64,000 nt of DNA from an uncultured Chloroflexia bacterium (GCA_963712745.1 CAVQJC010000011.1:128001-192000); one strand, 5' to 3'. Shown: positions 20,392-30,478, counted from the stretch's first letter. Notes: generated from the sequence alone by a model not told the origin. Numbers and translations: made by a program.

Positions 20392-21279
20392 CTAGCCCTT
20401 GATCCCCGAGCGGGCGATGCCCTCGACGATGTAGCGCTGGGCGAAGAGGAAGACGATCACCACGGGGATGATGCTGAGGGTCGTGGCTGCCATCTGCATG
20501 GCGAAGAAGGGCGTGCCATCCGTGTCGGTGTACTGCGTCAGGGCCACCGGCAGCGTCTGGAGCGTGTCCACGCCGGACGTGAACACGAGCGGGAGCAGGA
20601 ACGAATTCCAGCTGCCCAGGAAGGTGAGCACGGCCAGCGTGGCGATGGCCGGCCGCGCCAGCGGCAGAGCCACGTGCCGGAACACGCCGAATTCGCTCAG
20701 GCCGTCGACGCGTCCGGCATCGGAGAGGTCGCGCGGGAGGGTCAGGAAGAACTGCCGCATCAGGAACGTGCCCACCACGGTCGGTACGCCGAAGATGGGT
20801 TCGATGAGCAGCGGCAGGTGGGTCCCGACCCAGCCGAGGCGACTGACCAGCGCGAACAGCGGGACGATGGTGACCTCCTCCGGCAGCAGCAGCGCCATGA
20901 GCAGGATGGGCAGGATCAGGCCACGGCCGGGGAACCGGAGGCGGGCCAGCGCATATCCGGCCAGGCTGGACACCACGATCGTGCCCAGCACGTTGACGAT
21001 GGCGATGTAGACGCTGTTGAAGTACTGCTGCGCGAACGGCGCGATCTCGAAGATGTCGACGTAGTTCTGGAGGCGGAGCGTCTCGGGGATGAGCTGCGGC
21101 GGGATCTTGAAGACGTCGAACTCTGGCTTGAGCGAGGTCGAGACCGTCCATACCAGTGGCGCCAGCAAGGGGATGGCGCCGACGATCAGGGCCAGGATCA
21201 GGCCGATGCGGAATGCCCGCGAGCGCAGGGTCCGCGGCCGCTCGCTGGCGATCTCGGAGGGCCGTGCCCCGCTACTCAC
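20392..21279 (-). CDS. Carbohydrate (CUT1) ABC permease
   Basis: AGYALARLRFPGR, EAA-like DAGRVDG, WNSFLLP, QRYIVEG. Confidence 0.9.
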   Translation of the reverse strand: MSSGARPSEIASERPRTLRSRAFRIGLILALIVGAIPLLAPLVWTVSTSLKPEFDVFKIPPQLIPETLRLQNYVDIFEIAPFAQQYFNSVYIAIVNVLGTIVVSSLAGYALARLRFPGRGLILPILLMALLLPEEVTIVPLFALVSRLGWVGTHLPLLIEPIFGVPTVVGTFLMRQFFLTLPRDLSDAGRVDGLSEFGVFRHVALPLARPAIATLAVLTFLGSWNSFLLPLVFTSGVDTLQTLPVALTQYTDTDGTPFFAMQMAATTLSIIPVVIVFLFAQRYIVEGIARSGIKG

Positions 21280-22204
21280 CTTCGTAGACCCACTTGTGGC
21301 GCGCCAGGAACTGCACGATGGTGACCACCAGCACGAACAGGAACAGGACCACCGCGAGGCTGCTGGCGTAGCCCATCTCGAAGAGCTGCAGGCCCTGCTG
21401 GTAGATGTACAGCGTCCAGGTCGTGGTGGACAGGCCTGGCCCGCCACCGGTCAGCAGGAAGTTGGTGGCGAACGACTTGAACGAGTTGATGGTCAGCAGG
21501 ATCGTGACCATGAACGTGAAGGGGGCGATGAGCGGCAGGGTGATGTTGCGAAAGACGTGCCATTCGTTGGCGCCATCGACGCGCGAGGCCTCGCGCAGGT
21601 CCTCCGGCACGGTCTGCAGGGCCGCCAGGAAGAGCACCATGCTGAACCCGAGCACCTTGAAGACGTTGACCATGATCAGGCTGAAGAGCGCGATGGTGGG
21701 GTCGCGCAGCCAGGCCACGCGGTCCAGGCCCAGAGACTCGAGGATGCCGTTGATGAGCCCGCTCGGCTGCAGCACGAGCTGCCATACCAGGGCCCAGGCG
21801 GCGAGCGCGATGACCACCGGGATGAAGTAGAACGAGCGCAGCGACATGAAGATCCGCGTGCGCTTGTTGACCGCCACCGCGATGGCCAGCCCGCCGATGA
21901 CCGTGAGCGGGACGAAGAACAGGCCGAAGATGAGCGTGACCCAGGCCACCTGTTCCACCTGGGCGCTGCTCGCGAGCGTGCGGTAGTTGTCGAGACCGAT
22001 GAAGTCGAAGGTGCCCCAGACGATGTTCCAGCGGAAGAGGCTGAACCAGAAGATGGCCGCGATGGGCCCCAGCAGGAAGACGCCGTAGCCGATCATCTGG
22101 GGGGCCACGAAGAGCCATCCGAAGAACGCCTCGCGGGCCCCGATCGAGGGCCGCGCGATCCGCTCTCGCAGGCTCCGCCCGGCGACGTCGGCTGTCTGGC
22201 TCAC
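21272..22204 (-). CDS. Carbohydrate (CUT1) ABC permease
   Basis: FIGLDNY, EASRVDGA, ITLPL, LTGGGP, MGYAS. Confidence 0.92.
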   Translation of the reverse strand: MSQTADVAGRSLRERIARPSIGAREAFFGWLFVAPQMIGYGVFLLGPIAAIFWFSLFRWNIVWGTFDFIGLDNYRTLASSAQVEQVAWVTLIFGLFFVPLTVIGGLAIAVAVNKRTRIFMSLRSFYFIPVVIALAAWALVWQLVLQPSGLINGILESLGLDRVAWLRDPTIALFSLIMVNVFKVLGFSMVLFLAALQTVPEDLREASRVDGANEWHVFRNITLPLIAPFTFMVTILLTINSFKSFATNFLLTGGGPGLSTTTWTLYIYQQGLQLFEMGYASSLAVVLFLFVLVVTIVQFLARHKWVYEGE

Positions 22205-22218
22205 GGTCCCCTCATGCA

Positions 22219-22253
22219 GTCCACCCGGCCGTGGCGCGCACGACCGGGTGGAC
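22219..22253 (-). terminator. Stem-loop downstream of the SBP gene
   Basis: GTCCACCCGG (22219-22228) and CCGGGTGGAC (22244-22253) form an inverted repeat; no U-tract. Confidence 0.55.
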
Positions 22254-22313
22254 GATCACTCCATCTATGGCCGGATCAGCACGGTGCCCATCCGGTCTCA
22301 CCTGTCGCGACGG

Positions 22314-23585
22314 TCAGTCGCGGCTCATGAATACTCCGATGTCCGAGCAGACCTGGTCGAGGGCGGCCGAGACGTCGGCATCCGGCTTCCAGATCTGACC
22401 GTCGAAGATGAGCTGCGCGGCCTTCTCGGCAGGCGTGTAGTTCTCATGGAAGTACTCCATGCGGAAGTCCTCCGCCTGGAGCACCGGCAGGACCGCCCGC
22501 TCGAGCTGCTCGCGGGTGTACTGCGGGTTGTTCTCGGCGATGATGTCGATGGTCTGCAGCGACTTCCGTACGGCCGGCGTGTTGACGCCGAACTTGGCTG
22601 CGTTCTCCTTGTTCATGGCATGGAGCACGAATCCGCCAGCGAGCTCGGGGTTGTCGCTATCGGCGAAGGCGACCACGCCGTTCTGGGCCAGGGACGGCAC
22701 GAAGCCGGCCGGGCCGGTCGGCGGCGGCACGACGTCCCAGCCGAAGGGCACCTCGGCCAGGCGGGGGGCCACGTTCTGGCGGCCCAGCATCATGCCGATG
22801 TTGCCGGCTGCGAAGTCGGCCGTCTCACCCGGACCCGGATGGGTGCCGTCGGTGTAGATCATGTCCCACACCATCTGGGTGGCTTCCTTGGTCTCCGGCG
22901 AATCGAACGTGCACTCGGTGCCGTCGACGGTCCACGGACCGCCACCGTAGGGGCTCCAGATCTCGATCAGGTTGCGCCAGCCGTTGGTGAAGAGGTTGTT
23001 GTTGAACAGGAAGCCGTAGTCGATGCCCTCGGTCTCCTTGATGGCAGCAGCGGTCGCCACTACGTTCTCCCAGGTCCACTCGCCGTTCTCGTACATCTCG
23101 ATCGGCGTCGGCAGCCCGGCGGCCTCGAAGGCATCGACGTTGTAGTAGACGAGGTTGCCCGCGTTGGTGAACGGGAGGGCGTACAGGGCATCGCCGTCCT
23201 TCCAGGGGTCCAGCGCTGCGCCGAAGTCCTCGAGGTCGTAGCCCTCGGGAACCAGCGGCATGAGATCGACCAGGCGGCCGCTCTTGACCCACTGTGGGCC
23301 CACCGAGGCGTTGATCCAGGCCACGTCCGGCGGCTCGCCTGCCGCCAGCTCGACGGTCAGCACGTCGTTGTAGCGCGGGAAGGGGATGGTCTGGACCTCG
23401 ACCTTGAGCCCCGGGTTCAGGGCTTCATACGATGCGATGTAGTCGTCCCACACCGTCTCCATCGAGCCGCCGTGGTACCAGTTGCGATAGCTGATGGTGG
23501 CGTCGTCCTGGGCGACCGCCGGGAACGCGCTGAGCGTGATGGCCGCCCCGGCCAGCAATGCCACGGATCGTGCACGAAGCCTCAT
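22314..23585 (-). CDS. Carbohydrate (CUT1) ABC substrate-binding protein
   Basis: Signal peptide (AVA-QD), AAGEPPDV, YALP, YYNVDAFEAAGL, WTWE. Confidence 0.92.
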   Translation of the reverse strand: MRLRARSVALLAGAAITLSAFPAVAQDDATISYRNWYHGGSMETVWDDYIASYEALNPGLKVEVQTIPFPRYNDVLTVELAAGEPPDVAWINASVGPQWVKSGRLVDLMPLVPEGYDLEDFGAALDPWKDGDALYALPFTNAGNLVYYNVDAFEAAGLPTPIEMYENGEWTWENVVATAAAIKETEGIDYGFLFNNNLFTNGWRNLIEIWSPYGGGPWTVDGTECTFDSPETKEATQMVWDMIYTDGTHPGPGETADFAAGNIGMMLGRQNVAPRLAEVPFGWDVVPPPTGPAGFVPSLAQNGVVAFADSDNPELAGGFVLHAMNKENAAKFGVNTPAVRKSLQTIDIIAENNPQYTREQLERAVLPVLQAEDFRMEYFHENYTPAEKAAQLIFDGQIWKPDADVSAALDQVCSDIGVFMSRD

Positions 23586-23688
23586 GCCTACCTCCTAGGG
23601 CCGGACCGGGTGCGCTCCCTCGCGTACTCGCTCCGGCGTGTTCAGCCGGGACCGCACTGCCCCAGTCGCTCGACCATAGCGCACCGGT

Positions 23689-24549
23689 CTAGACGTGTCT
23701 AGTTGCTGGGGAGCGCCCAACCCTCTGGGGTGCGCCCGACTCCTGGTGGATGCGCCGGATGGTCTGCTCGTGACGCCACTCCATGCGGAACCGGTCGCGG
23801 GGGAGGCGCGCGCCGATGAAGGTCTCGTACGTGGCGCTGGCCACGAGTTCGTCGACCGGCTGACCGAGGTTCGAGAGGACGTGCTCGCGACAGGCGGCGA
23901 GATAGTCGGCCGACCACAGGATCGCCTCGCGGATCTCGGTGGAGCCTGTGACCACGCTGCCGTGCCCTGGCACCAGCGTGGTGGCACCCAACTGGGCGAG
24001 GTCCCGGAGCGTCCGCTCCAGGGTGGCGCTGTCCCCGTCGCTGAAGGCCGGCGGGATGGCGGTGACGATGGTGTCACCCCCGAACAGCACCCCCTGCTCC
24101 GCGTCCCACACGCAGAGGGCATCCGGTGCGTGACCGGGGGTATCGAGCAGGCGCACCTGCCGGCCGCCAAGGTCCAGCGTGGCCTCGCCGTCGATGACGA
24201 TGGTGGGCCAGCCCAGGCGCAGACTCAATCCGGCGGCCGTCTCGCCGCTGCGCTCCGCCCAGGCCTCGAGCTGATCGGCCATCTGCCTGACGATCCCCGG
24301 CCGGCCGATGATGTCGCAGCCGCGGAAGGCGGTGGACCCGAGTGCATGGTCGGTGTGGCCATGGGTGAGGACCAGCTTGAGGGACGGGCGGCCGAGGGAC
24401 TCGGCGGCGCTGCGCACCGATGCACCCTCGGCATCGTCGATGCCAGCGTCCACCGCCAGGGCCACGGCGTCCCCGGCGATGACGCCCGCCTTTCCAGCGG
24501 CTACCCGCGTCTCCACGATCAGCACGCCGGGTGCGATCTGCTGCATCAC
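23689..24549 (-). CDS. Metallo-beta-lactamase fold hydrolase
   Basis: THGHTDH, TPGHAPD, GGD, PGHG. Confidence 0.9.
   Translation of the reverse strand: MMQQIAPGVLIVETRVAAGKAGVIAGDAVALAVDAGIDDAEGASVRSAAESLGRPSLKLVLTHGHTDHALGSTAFRGCDIIGRPGIVRQMADQLEAWAERSGETAAGLSLRLGWPTIVIDGEATLDLGGRQVRLLDTPGHAPDALCVWDAEQGVLFGGDTIVTAIPPAFSDGDSATLERTLRDLAQLGATTLVPGHGSVVTGSTEIREAILWSADYLAACREHVLSNLGQPVDELVASATYETFIGARLPRDRFRMEWRHEQTIRRIHQESGAPQRVGRSPATRHV
23690..23702 (-). promoter_or_regulatory. Candidate operator (island motif) upstream of the CUT1 SBP
   Basis: Minus-strand CTAGACACGTCTA matches CTAGACAGGTATA at 11/13; overlaps the MBL stop codon. Confidence 0.5.
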
Positions 24550-24575
24550 GGCGTCGACCTGGCCGGCTGGACCGG

Positions 24576-25328
24576 CTACTCCGCGTCCTTGAGCTCGGGT
24601 CGCAGGTCGACCTCGCCCGAGACCTGCAGGCTGAACTGCCAGCGCCCGCCTGGATAGAGGGCTTCGGTGTAGCGCACCGGTTCGTTGCCGGCGGAGTAGG
24701 CCGTGCCGCGGATGAGCACGAGCGGCGAACCCTCGGGCACATCGAGCAGCCGGGCTTCCTCGCCGGTAGCCAGCACCGCCTCGACGCTGTCCTCCGATCG
24801 CTCGACCCGGGCGCCGACCCGTGACATCAGGTCGGATAGCGAGCCGGTGAGGTCGGACTCCAACAGTGCCGAGAGGCGCCCCGGCATGTAGGAGAGGTGG
24901 ATGGCCGCCGGCTCGCCATCGACCACGCGCAGTCGTCGCAGGAAGATGGCCTGGGCGCCAGATGGCAGCGAGAGTGCGCGGGCGACGTTGGAGGGCGCAC
25001 CCACGACCTCGGCCTCGAGCACGCGCGTCTCGCAGTCCATCCCTTGCGCCTTCATGGCGGCCGAGAACGAGAGGCCCTGCGACGCGCCGTGGGCGATCTT
25101 GGTGGGCGCCACGAACGTGCCCTTGCCGGGCTGGCGGAACAGCATCCCGTCCGCGACCAGCCGGTCGAGCGCCTTGCGTGCGGTCATGCGGCTGACGCTG
25201 AAGTGCTCGGCCAGGTCCGTCTCCGATGGCACCTGGGCCAGCGGACCCAACTCCCCGGACTCGATCTGGCCTCGCAGCTCTTCGTCTATCTGGATGTACA
25301 GCGGGACCGGCGATGCTCGTACGACCAT
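24576..25328 (-). CDS. GntR family regulator, HutC/UTRA subfamily
   Basis: PLYIQI, PSETDLAEHFSVSRMTARKAL, GKGTFV, C-terminal UTRA domain. Confidence 0.93.
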   Translation of the reverse strand: MVVRASPVPLYIQIDEELRGQIESGELGPLAQVPSETDLAEHFSVSRMTARKALDRLVADGMLFRQPGKGTFVAPTKIAHGASQGLSFSAAMKAQGMDCETRVLEAEVVGAPSNVARALSLPSGAQAIFLRRLRVVDGEPAAIHLSYMPGRLSALLESDLTGSLSDLMSRVGARVERSEDSVEAVLATGEEARLLDVPEGSPLVLIRGTAYSAGNEPVRYTEALYPGGRWQFSLQVSGEVDLRPELKDAE

Positions 25329-25357
25329 GACGTCTCGGCCTTCCCTTCGTCTGCGGC

Positions 25358-26884
25358 TCAGGCGTGTTCCGGCGACGCTCCGGCTGCGCCGGAGAGTCGG
25401 TGACTCACATGGGTGACGGCCTCTGCGGCGAGGCGGTAGGTGTGATGCAGCGCATCGTACGTGCTGATCCATTCCTGTACCGGCTCGATGGTACGGGTGC
25501 GAGGTGTGGGCACCCGCTCCACGATCTCGGCTGCGCTGCCTGCTCCGGCGGCCATGGCCAGGATGGCGGCACCGACCGCTGGCCCCTGGGGTTCGGCCAG
25601 GACTCCCGGCTGATCGAGGGCGGAGACGAGGATGGACCGCCACAGCGGGCTGCTGGTGCCGCCGCCGGCGAGGTGGGGTCTGCGCACAGGCAGGCCGGCG
25701 CCTTCCATCACGTCGCGGCAGCTGCGCAGCGCCATGGCCACCCCCTCGAGCACGGCTCGCGCGAGGTGTTCCCGCCGATGGGAGGACGAGAGGCCCAGGA
25801 ATGCCGCCCGCAGATGGGCGTCCCAGTACGGCGTACGTTCGCCGTCGAGGAAGGGCAGGAAGAGCGCGCCCTCAGCGCCCGCGGCAACGCCCGAGGCGCG
25901 GCGGTTGATGTCCTCGTACGTCACCGCTGGCGGCCCGCTCGGTGCGGCGAAGACCGTCTCACGCAACCACTGGTAGGCGACGGTGGCGGTGTTCGTCGCC
26001 GCCAGGGTGTACCACTGGCCCGGCACCGGATGGGGATAGGTGAGCAGCTTGCGGTCGACCGTCGGCTCGCTGCTGACCCCCACGACCGTGCCAGTGCTGG
26101 CGATCTTGACCAGGGACGCTCCGGCCTTGACCGCGCCCACCGAGAGCAGCTCCGCGGCGGTGTCGGTGGCGCCGACCACGATCGGGGTGCCGGCGGCCAT
26201 CCCCGTGGCGGCGGCCCACTCGTCAGTCAGCTGGCCACCGGGCGCGGTGGACGACACGATCGGTGGCAGCTGCTCGGCAGAGAGGCCAAGGTCGCGGCAG
26301 ACCGGCTCCAGCCAGGTCGCGCTGGCCTGGTCGATCATGGCGGTGCCGGCCGCATCGGAGGTGTCGACGAGGGCCAGGCCGGTCAGGCGATAGCGGATCC
26401 AGTCCTTCTCGGTCAGCAGCCAGCGGATCCGCGGCCACAGCTCGGGCGCCTGTCCACGCAGCCAGGTCAGCTGCGCCAGCGTCCAGCCGGCCGAGAGATC
26501 GACGAACGTAGCCTCGAACAGCGACTCACCGTAGCGGTCCTTCACCTGCTGTGCGACCTCGGCCGGCCTGGCGTCGAAGGCGAGCAGTGACGGCGCCAGG
26601 GGCTGGCCCTCGGCATCGCAGATGACCGCGGCATGGGCAGGGGCGGTGATACCGATGCCGGTCAAGGCACGACCGGCTGCCGCATGCGCACACGACCGGA
26701 GCACCTCGCGCACCGCGGCCAGCCAGTCGTCTGGATCCTGGGTGACCTCGCCCGCGACGGTCCGGCGGGTCGGGTACCCCGCTTGCGCTGTGTGCAGGAC
26801 GCGCCCACCGCTGGTGAAGACGACGGCCTTGCAGCCGCTCGTGCCGACGTCGACACCGATGGTGACGTCCTGCCGCCGAGTCAT
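25358..26884 (-). CDS. FGGY family carbohydrate kinase (xylulokinase-like)
   Basis: IGVDVGTSGCKA, QDPDDW, KDW, DTSDAAGT, FLPFLDGERTPYWD, RAVLEGV, GGG. Confidence 0.92.
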   Translation of the reverse strand: MTRRQDVTIGVDVGTSGCKAVVFTSGGRVLHTAQAGYPTRRTVAGEVTQDPDDWLAAVREVLRSCAHAAAGRALTGIGITAPAHAAVICDAEGQPLAPSLLAFDARPAEVAQQVKDRYGESLFEATFVDLSAGWTLAQLTWLRGQAPELWPRIRWLLTEKDWIRYRLTGLALVDTSDAAGTAMIDQASATWLEPVCRDLGLSAEQLPPIVSSTAPGGQLTDEWAAATGMAAGTPIVVGATDTAAELLSVGAVKAGASLVKIASTGTVVGVSSEPTVDRKLLTYPHPVPGQWYTLAATNTATVAYQWLRETVFAAPSGPPAVTYEDINRRASGVAAGAEGALFLPFLDGERTPYWDAHLRAAFLGLSSSHRREHLARAVLEGVAMALRSCRDVMEGAGLPVRRPHLAGGGTSSPLWRSILVSALDQPGVLAEPQGPAVGAAILAMAAGAGSAAEIVERVPTPRTRTIEPVQEWISTYDALHHTYRLAAEAVTHVSHRLSGAAGASPEHA

Positions 26885-26920
26885 CGTGGACCGGCCCCCA
26901 AGCTACGGCGCATGTACCAG

Positions 26921-26940
26921 AATATACATGTCCTGTCATC
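26921..26940 (-). promoter_or_regulatory. Divergent promoter region with GACAGG half-site
   Basis: Minus strand GATGACAGGACATGTATATT; a near copy is at 58317-58339. Confidence 0.5.
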
Positions 26941-26957
26941 CCGCTTGGAGGTCGGTC

Positions 26958-27851
26958 ATGGAGATGCTCGAGGAGAAGTGGCTCGAGCGGCTGGCACCGG
27001 AACGCCTGTTCTCGATGCGCGGTCGCGTGGCTGTCGTCACCGGTGCGGCCGGCGGCGTCGGCCGCTGGCTCAGTGCGGGGTTCGGGCTGGCCGGCGCCAG
27101 TGTGCTCCTCACCGACCGCGATATGGAGGGGCTCTCGATCCTGGCTGGCGAACTGCGGGGGCAAAGGATCGAGGCGACCGAGCTCGGTGCCGACCTTGAG
27201 GACCCCGAGGCTCCGGCACGGATCGTCGACGCGGCTGTCGCGCGTTACGGTCGCCTGGACGTCCTTGTCAACAACGCCGGTGTCAACCGGCGCGTCCCGC
27301 TGCTCGAGGTCGAGCCGGACCTGCTCGAAGAGATCTGGCGCATCGACTACATCCGCTGCTACCAGCTCTCGCAGGCAGCGGCGAGGGTGATGATCGACGG
27401 TGGTGGTGGCTCCATCATCCACATCGGCTCCATCAACAACGTCCTGGGCCTTGAAGACGTCTCCATGCTGGGGCCGACCAAGGCTGCGCTCAGCCAGCTG
27501 GCCAAGGCCATGACCGTCGAGTTGGCACACCTGGGCATCCGCACCAACGTTCTGGCGCCGGGCTTCCTCGACACGCCCATGAACGCCACGCACTGGGAGG
27601 ATCCGACGCGCGGTCCCTGGATCATGGATCGCACGCCCATGAGCCGGCCCGGCCATCCGGCCGAGCTGGTGGGCGCGGCGCTGTTGATGGCATCGCCGGC
27701 GGGGTCGTTCCTGTCGGGCCAGACGATCTACGTGGACGGCGGCATCACTGCCGGTAGCCGCTGGAACGTGCCCCCCGGCAGCGGGCTCGAGTCGTTCCGT
27801 GCCTGGGCCGAGGCCGGGCGGCCCATCGACGACTTCGACGGCCCGGAGTAG
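26958..27851 (+). CDS. SDR family oxidoreductase
   Basis: TGAAGGVG, NNAG, IYVDGG. The catalytic YxxxK reads LGPTK (Tyr absent), so it is atypical. Confidence 0.88.
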   Translation: MEMLEEKWLERLAPERLFSMRGRVAVVTGAAGGVGRWLSAGFGLAGASVLLTDRDMEGLSILAGELRGQRIEATELGADLEDPEAPARIVDAAVARYGRLDVLVNNAGVNRRVPLLEVEPDLLEEIWRIDYIRCYQLSQAAARVMIDGGGGSIIHIGSINNVLGLEDVSMLGPTKAALSQLAKAMTVELAHLGIRTNVLAPGFLDTPMNATHWEDPTRGPWIMDRTPMSRPGHPAELVGAALLMASPAGSFLSGQTIYVDGGITAGSRWNVPPGSGLESFRAWAEAGRPIDDFDGPE

Positions 27852-27861
27852 GGCCTGCCCC

Positions 27862-28719
27862 TCAGGCCTCAGCGCCCCCAGGCTCGGCCAGCTCGGCCAG
27901 CTCGGCCGTGGCCGTCGCGTACTGCTCGGCCGAGAGCGTGCCTCCATGCCACTCGGTCACGTTCTCCATGAATGACACGCCCTTGCCCTTGGTGGTCGAG
28001 CAGATCAGCGCCGCGGGCTGCGTCGAGGGTAGTGAGCGCCGTTCCTCCATGGCCGCGAGGAGCGCCGCCATGTCGTTGCCGTCGACGCGCAGCACCGCCC
28101 AGCCAAAAGCTTCCCATTTCAGGTCGATGGGCTCGATCTCCATCACCTCGCTGGTGGGTCCGTCGACCTGGAGGCCGTTGCGATCGAGGATGACGGTGAG
28201 GCCCCCGACCCGGAAGTGGGCCGCCGCCATGGCCGCCTCCCAGGTCATGCCCTCCTGCATCTCGCCGTCGGACATGAGCACGAAGGTTCGAAACCCGAGG
28301 CCCGATTGGCGGCTGCCCAGGGCCATCCCCAGGCCCACCGACAGGCCGTGACCCAGCGAGCCGGAGGTCATGTCCAGGCCCACCGTCTTGCGCATGTCCG
28401 GATGACCCTGGAGCACGCTGCCCGTCTGCCGGAAGGTCAGCAGGACATCCGGGTCGAAGTAACCGCGCCGTGCCAGGGCGGCGTAGACGATGGGCGCGCA
28501 GTGACCCTTCGACAGCACCAGCCGGTCACGCTCGGGCCAGTCCGGTCGCGATGGATCGAGGCGCATCTCCGACCAGTACAAGACGGTGACGATGTCGGCC
28601 GCCGAGAGCGATCCGCCCGCGTGCCCGGAACCGGCCCGGTAGATCATCTCGATGACGTCCCGACGCAGTTGCCGCGCGGTCGCCTCGAGCGACGCGGTCG
28701 TCGTCACATCCCCGCTCAT
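27862..28719 (-). CDS. Split transketolase, N-terminal subunit (TK2)
   Basis: SGHAGGSLS, LSKGH, LQGHP, SGSLGHG, SDGEMQEG...N, KGKGVSFME, WH. Confidence 0.92.
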   Translation of the reverse strand: MSGDVTTTASLEATARQLRRDVIEMIYRAGSGHAGGSLSAADIVTVLYWSEMRLDPSRPDWPERDRLVLSKGHCAPIVYAALARRGYFDPDVLLTFRQTGSVLQGHPDMRKTVGLDMTSGSLGHGLSVGLGMALGSRQSGLGFRTFVLMSDGEMQEGMTWEAAMAAAHFRVGGLTVILDRNGLQVDGPTSEVMEIEPIDLKWEAFGWAVLRVDGNDMAALLAAMEERRSLPSTQPAALICSTTKGKGVSFMENVTEWHGGTLSAEQYATATAELAELAEPGGAEA

Positions 28720-29708
28720 CCCGCTCGCCTGTCTTGAACTGAGACGAGCCTGCGTCCGGCGGCGACCACGGCGGGAGCGTCGAGGCCGAAGCGCGCTCGT
28801 AGCTCGTCGTTCTTGCCCGACTCGCTGAAGCGGTCGGGGATGCCCAGCGAGGTGAACCGTGGCGCCCGACCCGCTCGCTGCAGGGTCTCGGCCGTGATCG
28901 AGGCGAGGCCCCCGACCAGGCTGTGGTCCTCGAGCGTGAGCAGTGCGCCGGTGCGGTCCGTGGACTCGATCAGGAGCTGTTCGTCGAACGGCTTCAGTGA
29001 TGCCATGTCGAGGACCTCCGCCTCGATGCTCTCCTGCGCGAGGGCAGTCGCTGCCTCCATGGCCCGCGCCAGCGCGATGCCGTAGGTGGCGATGGTGAGG
29101 TCTCTGCCCGGGCGCACCCGGATACCCCGGCCGATCTCGAAGCGCACGTCCGGCGCATGGATCGCGGCGGTCTCCTCGTACTCGATGCGCACGTAGACCG
29201 GTCCGTCGTGAGCCAGCGCCACGCGGGCGATGCGGTCGGCCAGGACCGCATCCGAAGGGGAGAGCACCACCAGGTTGGGCAGCGCGCGCATGATGGCCAC
29301 GTCCTCGATCGATTGGTGGGTCGCACCGTCCTTGCCGTCGGAGAGCCCGGCGTAGCCACCGACGAGCTTGGCGTTCAGGCGCGGATAGCAGATCGACGTG
29401 CGGATCGGCTCCAGCGCGCGCATGGAGACGAAGACGGCGAAGGCGCAGGCGACCGGGATGCGCCCGACCGCAGCGAGGCCGGCCGCCACACCGGCCAGGT
29501 TCTGCTCGGCCACGCCCAGGTCCCAGAAGCGATCTGGATAGCGATCACGGAAATGCCGGGTCAGCGTCCGACGCGAGACGTCGGCATCGAGGGCCACGAT
29601 GCGTTCGTCCGTCTCGGCCAGCTCGACGATGGCGGCCATGAAGGCGAATCGCGGGTCCTCCGCGCCGACGTCCAGGAAGCTGTCGTGGACCGCGCCCGAG
29701 TCGCTCAC
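28716..29708 (-). CDS. Split transketolase, C-terminal subunit (TK2)
   Basis: GVAEQN, FAVF, DGATHQSIED, LKPFD, EDH; GTG start overlaps the upstream SDR stop. Confidence 0.92.
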   Translation of the reverse strand: MSDSGAVHDSFLDVGAEDPRFAFMAAIVELAETDERIVALDADVSRRTLTRHFRDRYPDRFWDLGVAEQNLAGVAAGLAAVGRIPVACAFAVFVSMRALEPIRTSICYPRLNAKLVGGYAGLSDGKDGATHQSIEDVAIMRALPNLVVLSPSDAVLADRIARVALAHDGPVYVRIEYEETAAIHAPDVRFEIGRGIRVRPGRDLTIATYGIALARAMEAATALAQESIEAEVLDMASLKPFDEQLLIESTDRTGALLTLEDHSLVGGLASITAETLQRAGRAPRFTSLGIPDRFSESGKNDELRARFGLDAPAVVAAGRRLVSVQDRRAG

Positions 29709-30470
29709 GACATGTACCAGCCCCCGTTGATGTCCCAGTTGACACCGGTGACGTAGGAGCTGGCATCGCTGGAGAGCCACAGCACCAGTTCGGCGACCTC
29801 GTCAGGCTCCGCCGTGCGACCGAGCGGCACCTGGGCCAGCGTCCTGGCGATCGCCTCCGGCGGGAACGAATCACGGAGCATGGGGCTCTCGATGTTCGAG
29901 GGCAGGATGGCGTTGACGAGGATGCCGTCCGCGGCTGCGGCCTTGGCCAGCGACTTGGTGACCGCCAGCAGACCGCCCTTGCTCGCGGCGTAGGGGTGGA
30001 TATCGGCGACCCCGCCGGTCCGGCCGGCCATCGAGGCCACGTTGACGATGCGGCCGCCGCGACCCCCTCGACGCATCTGCACGATGGCGGCGCGGGACAG
30101 GAAGTAGGGCGCTACCAGGTTCAGGCGCAGGGCCTGCTCGAACTGGTCCGGAGTCACCTCCTCGAGCGGTGTGCGCTTGAGCATGGCCGCGTTGTTGACC
30201 AGCACATCGATACGGCCGAAGTGGCCGGCGACCCGCTCCACCAGCGGCGCGCAGGTCTCCGCGTCGGAAAGGTCGGCGACCTCGCTGAGGAGTCGGTCCT
30301 GGCCGAGGTCGAGCGCACGGGCCTCCTCCTGCAGGCCCTCCGCATCGATGTCGACGAGGGCCAGGCGGGAGTCCTGTGCCGCGAAGGCCCGGGCCAGCGC
30401 GGCTCCCAGGCCATGGGCGGCGCCGGTGATCGAGCACCACCTTGTCCCGGAGGTCCGCGTAGCTGGCCAT
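29705..30470 (-). CDS. SDR family oxidoreductase (FabG-like), +1 frameshift near 30431
   Basis: MASYADLRDKVVL/ITGAAHGLG, NNAA, YAASK, INGG. Confidence 0.87.
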
Positions 30471-30478
30471 GGACCTGC

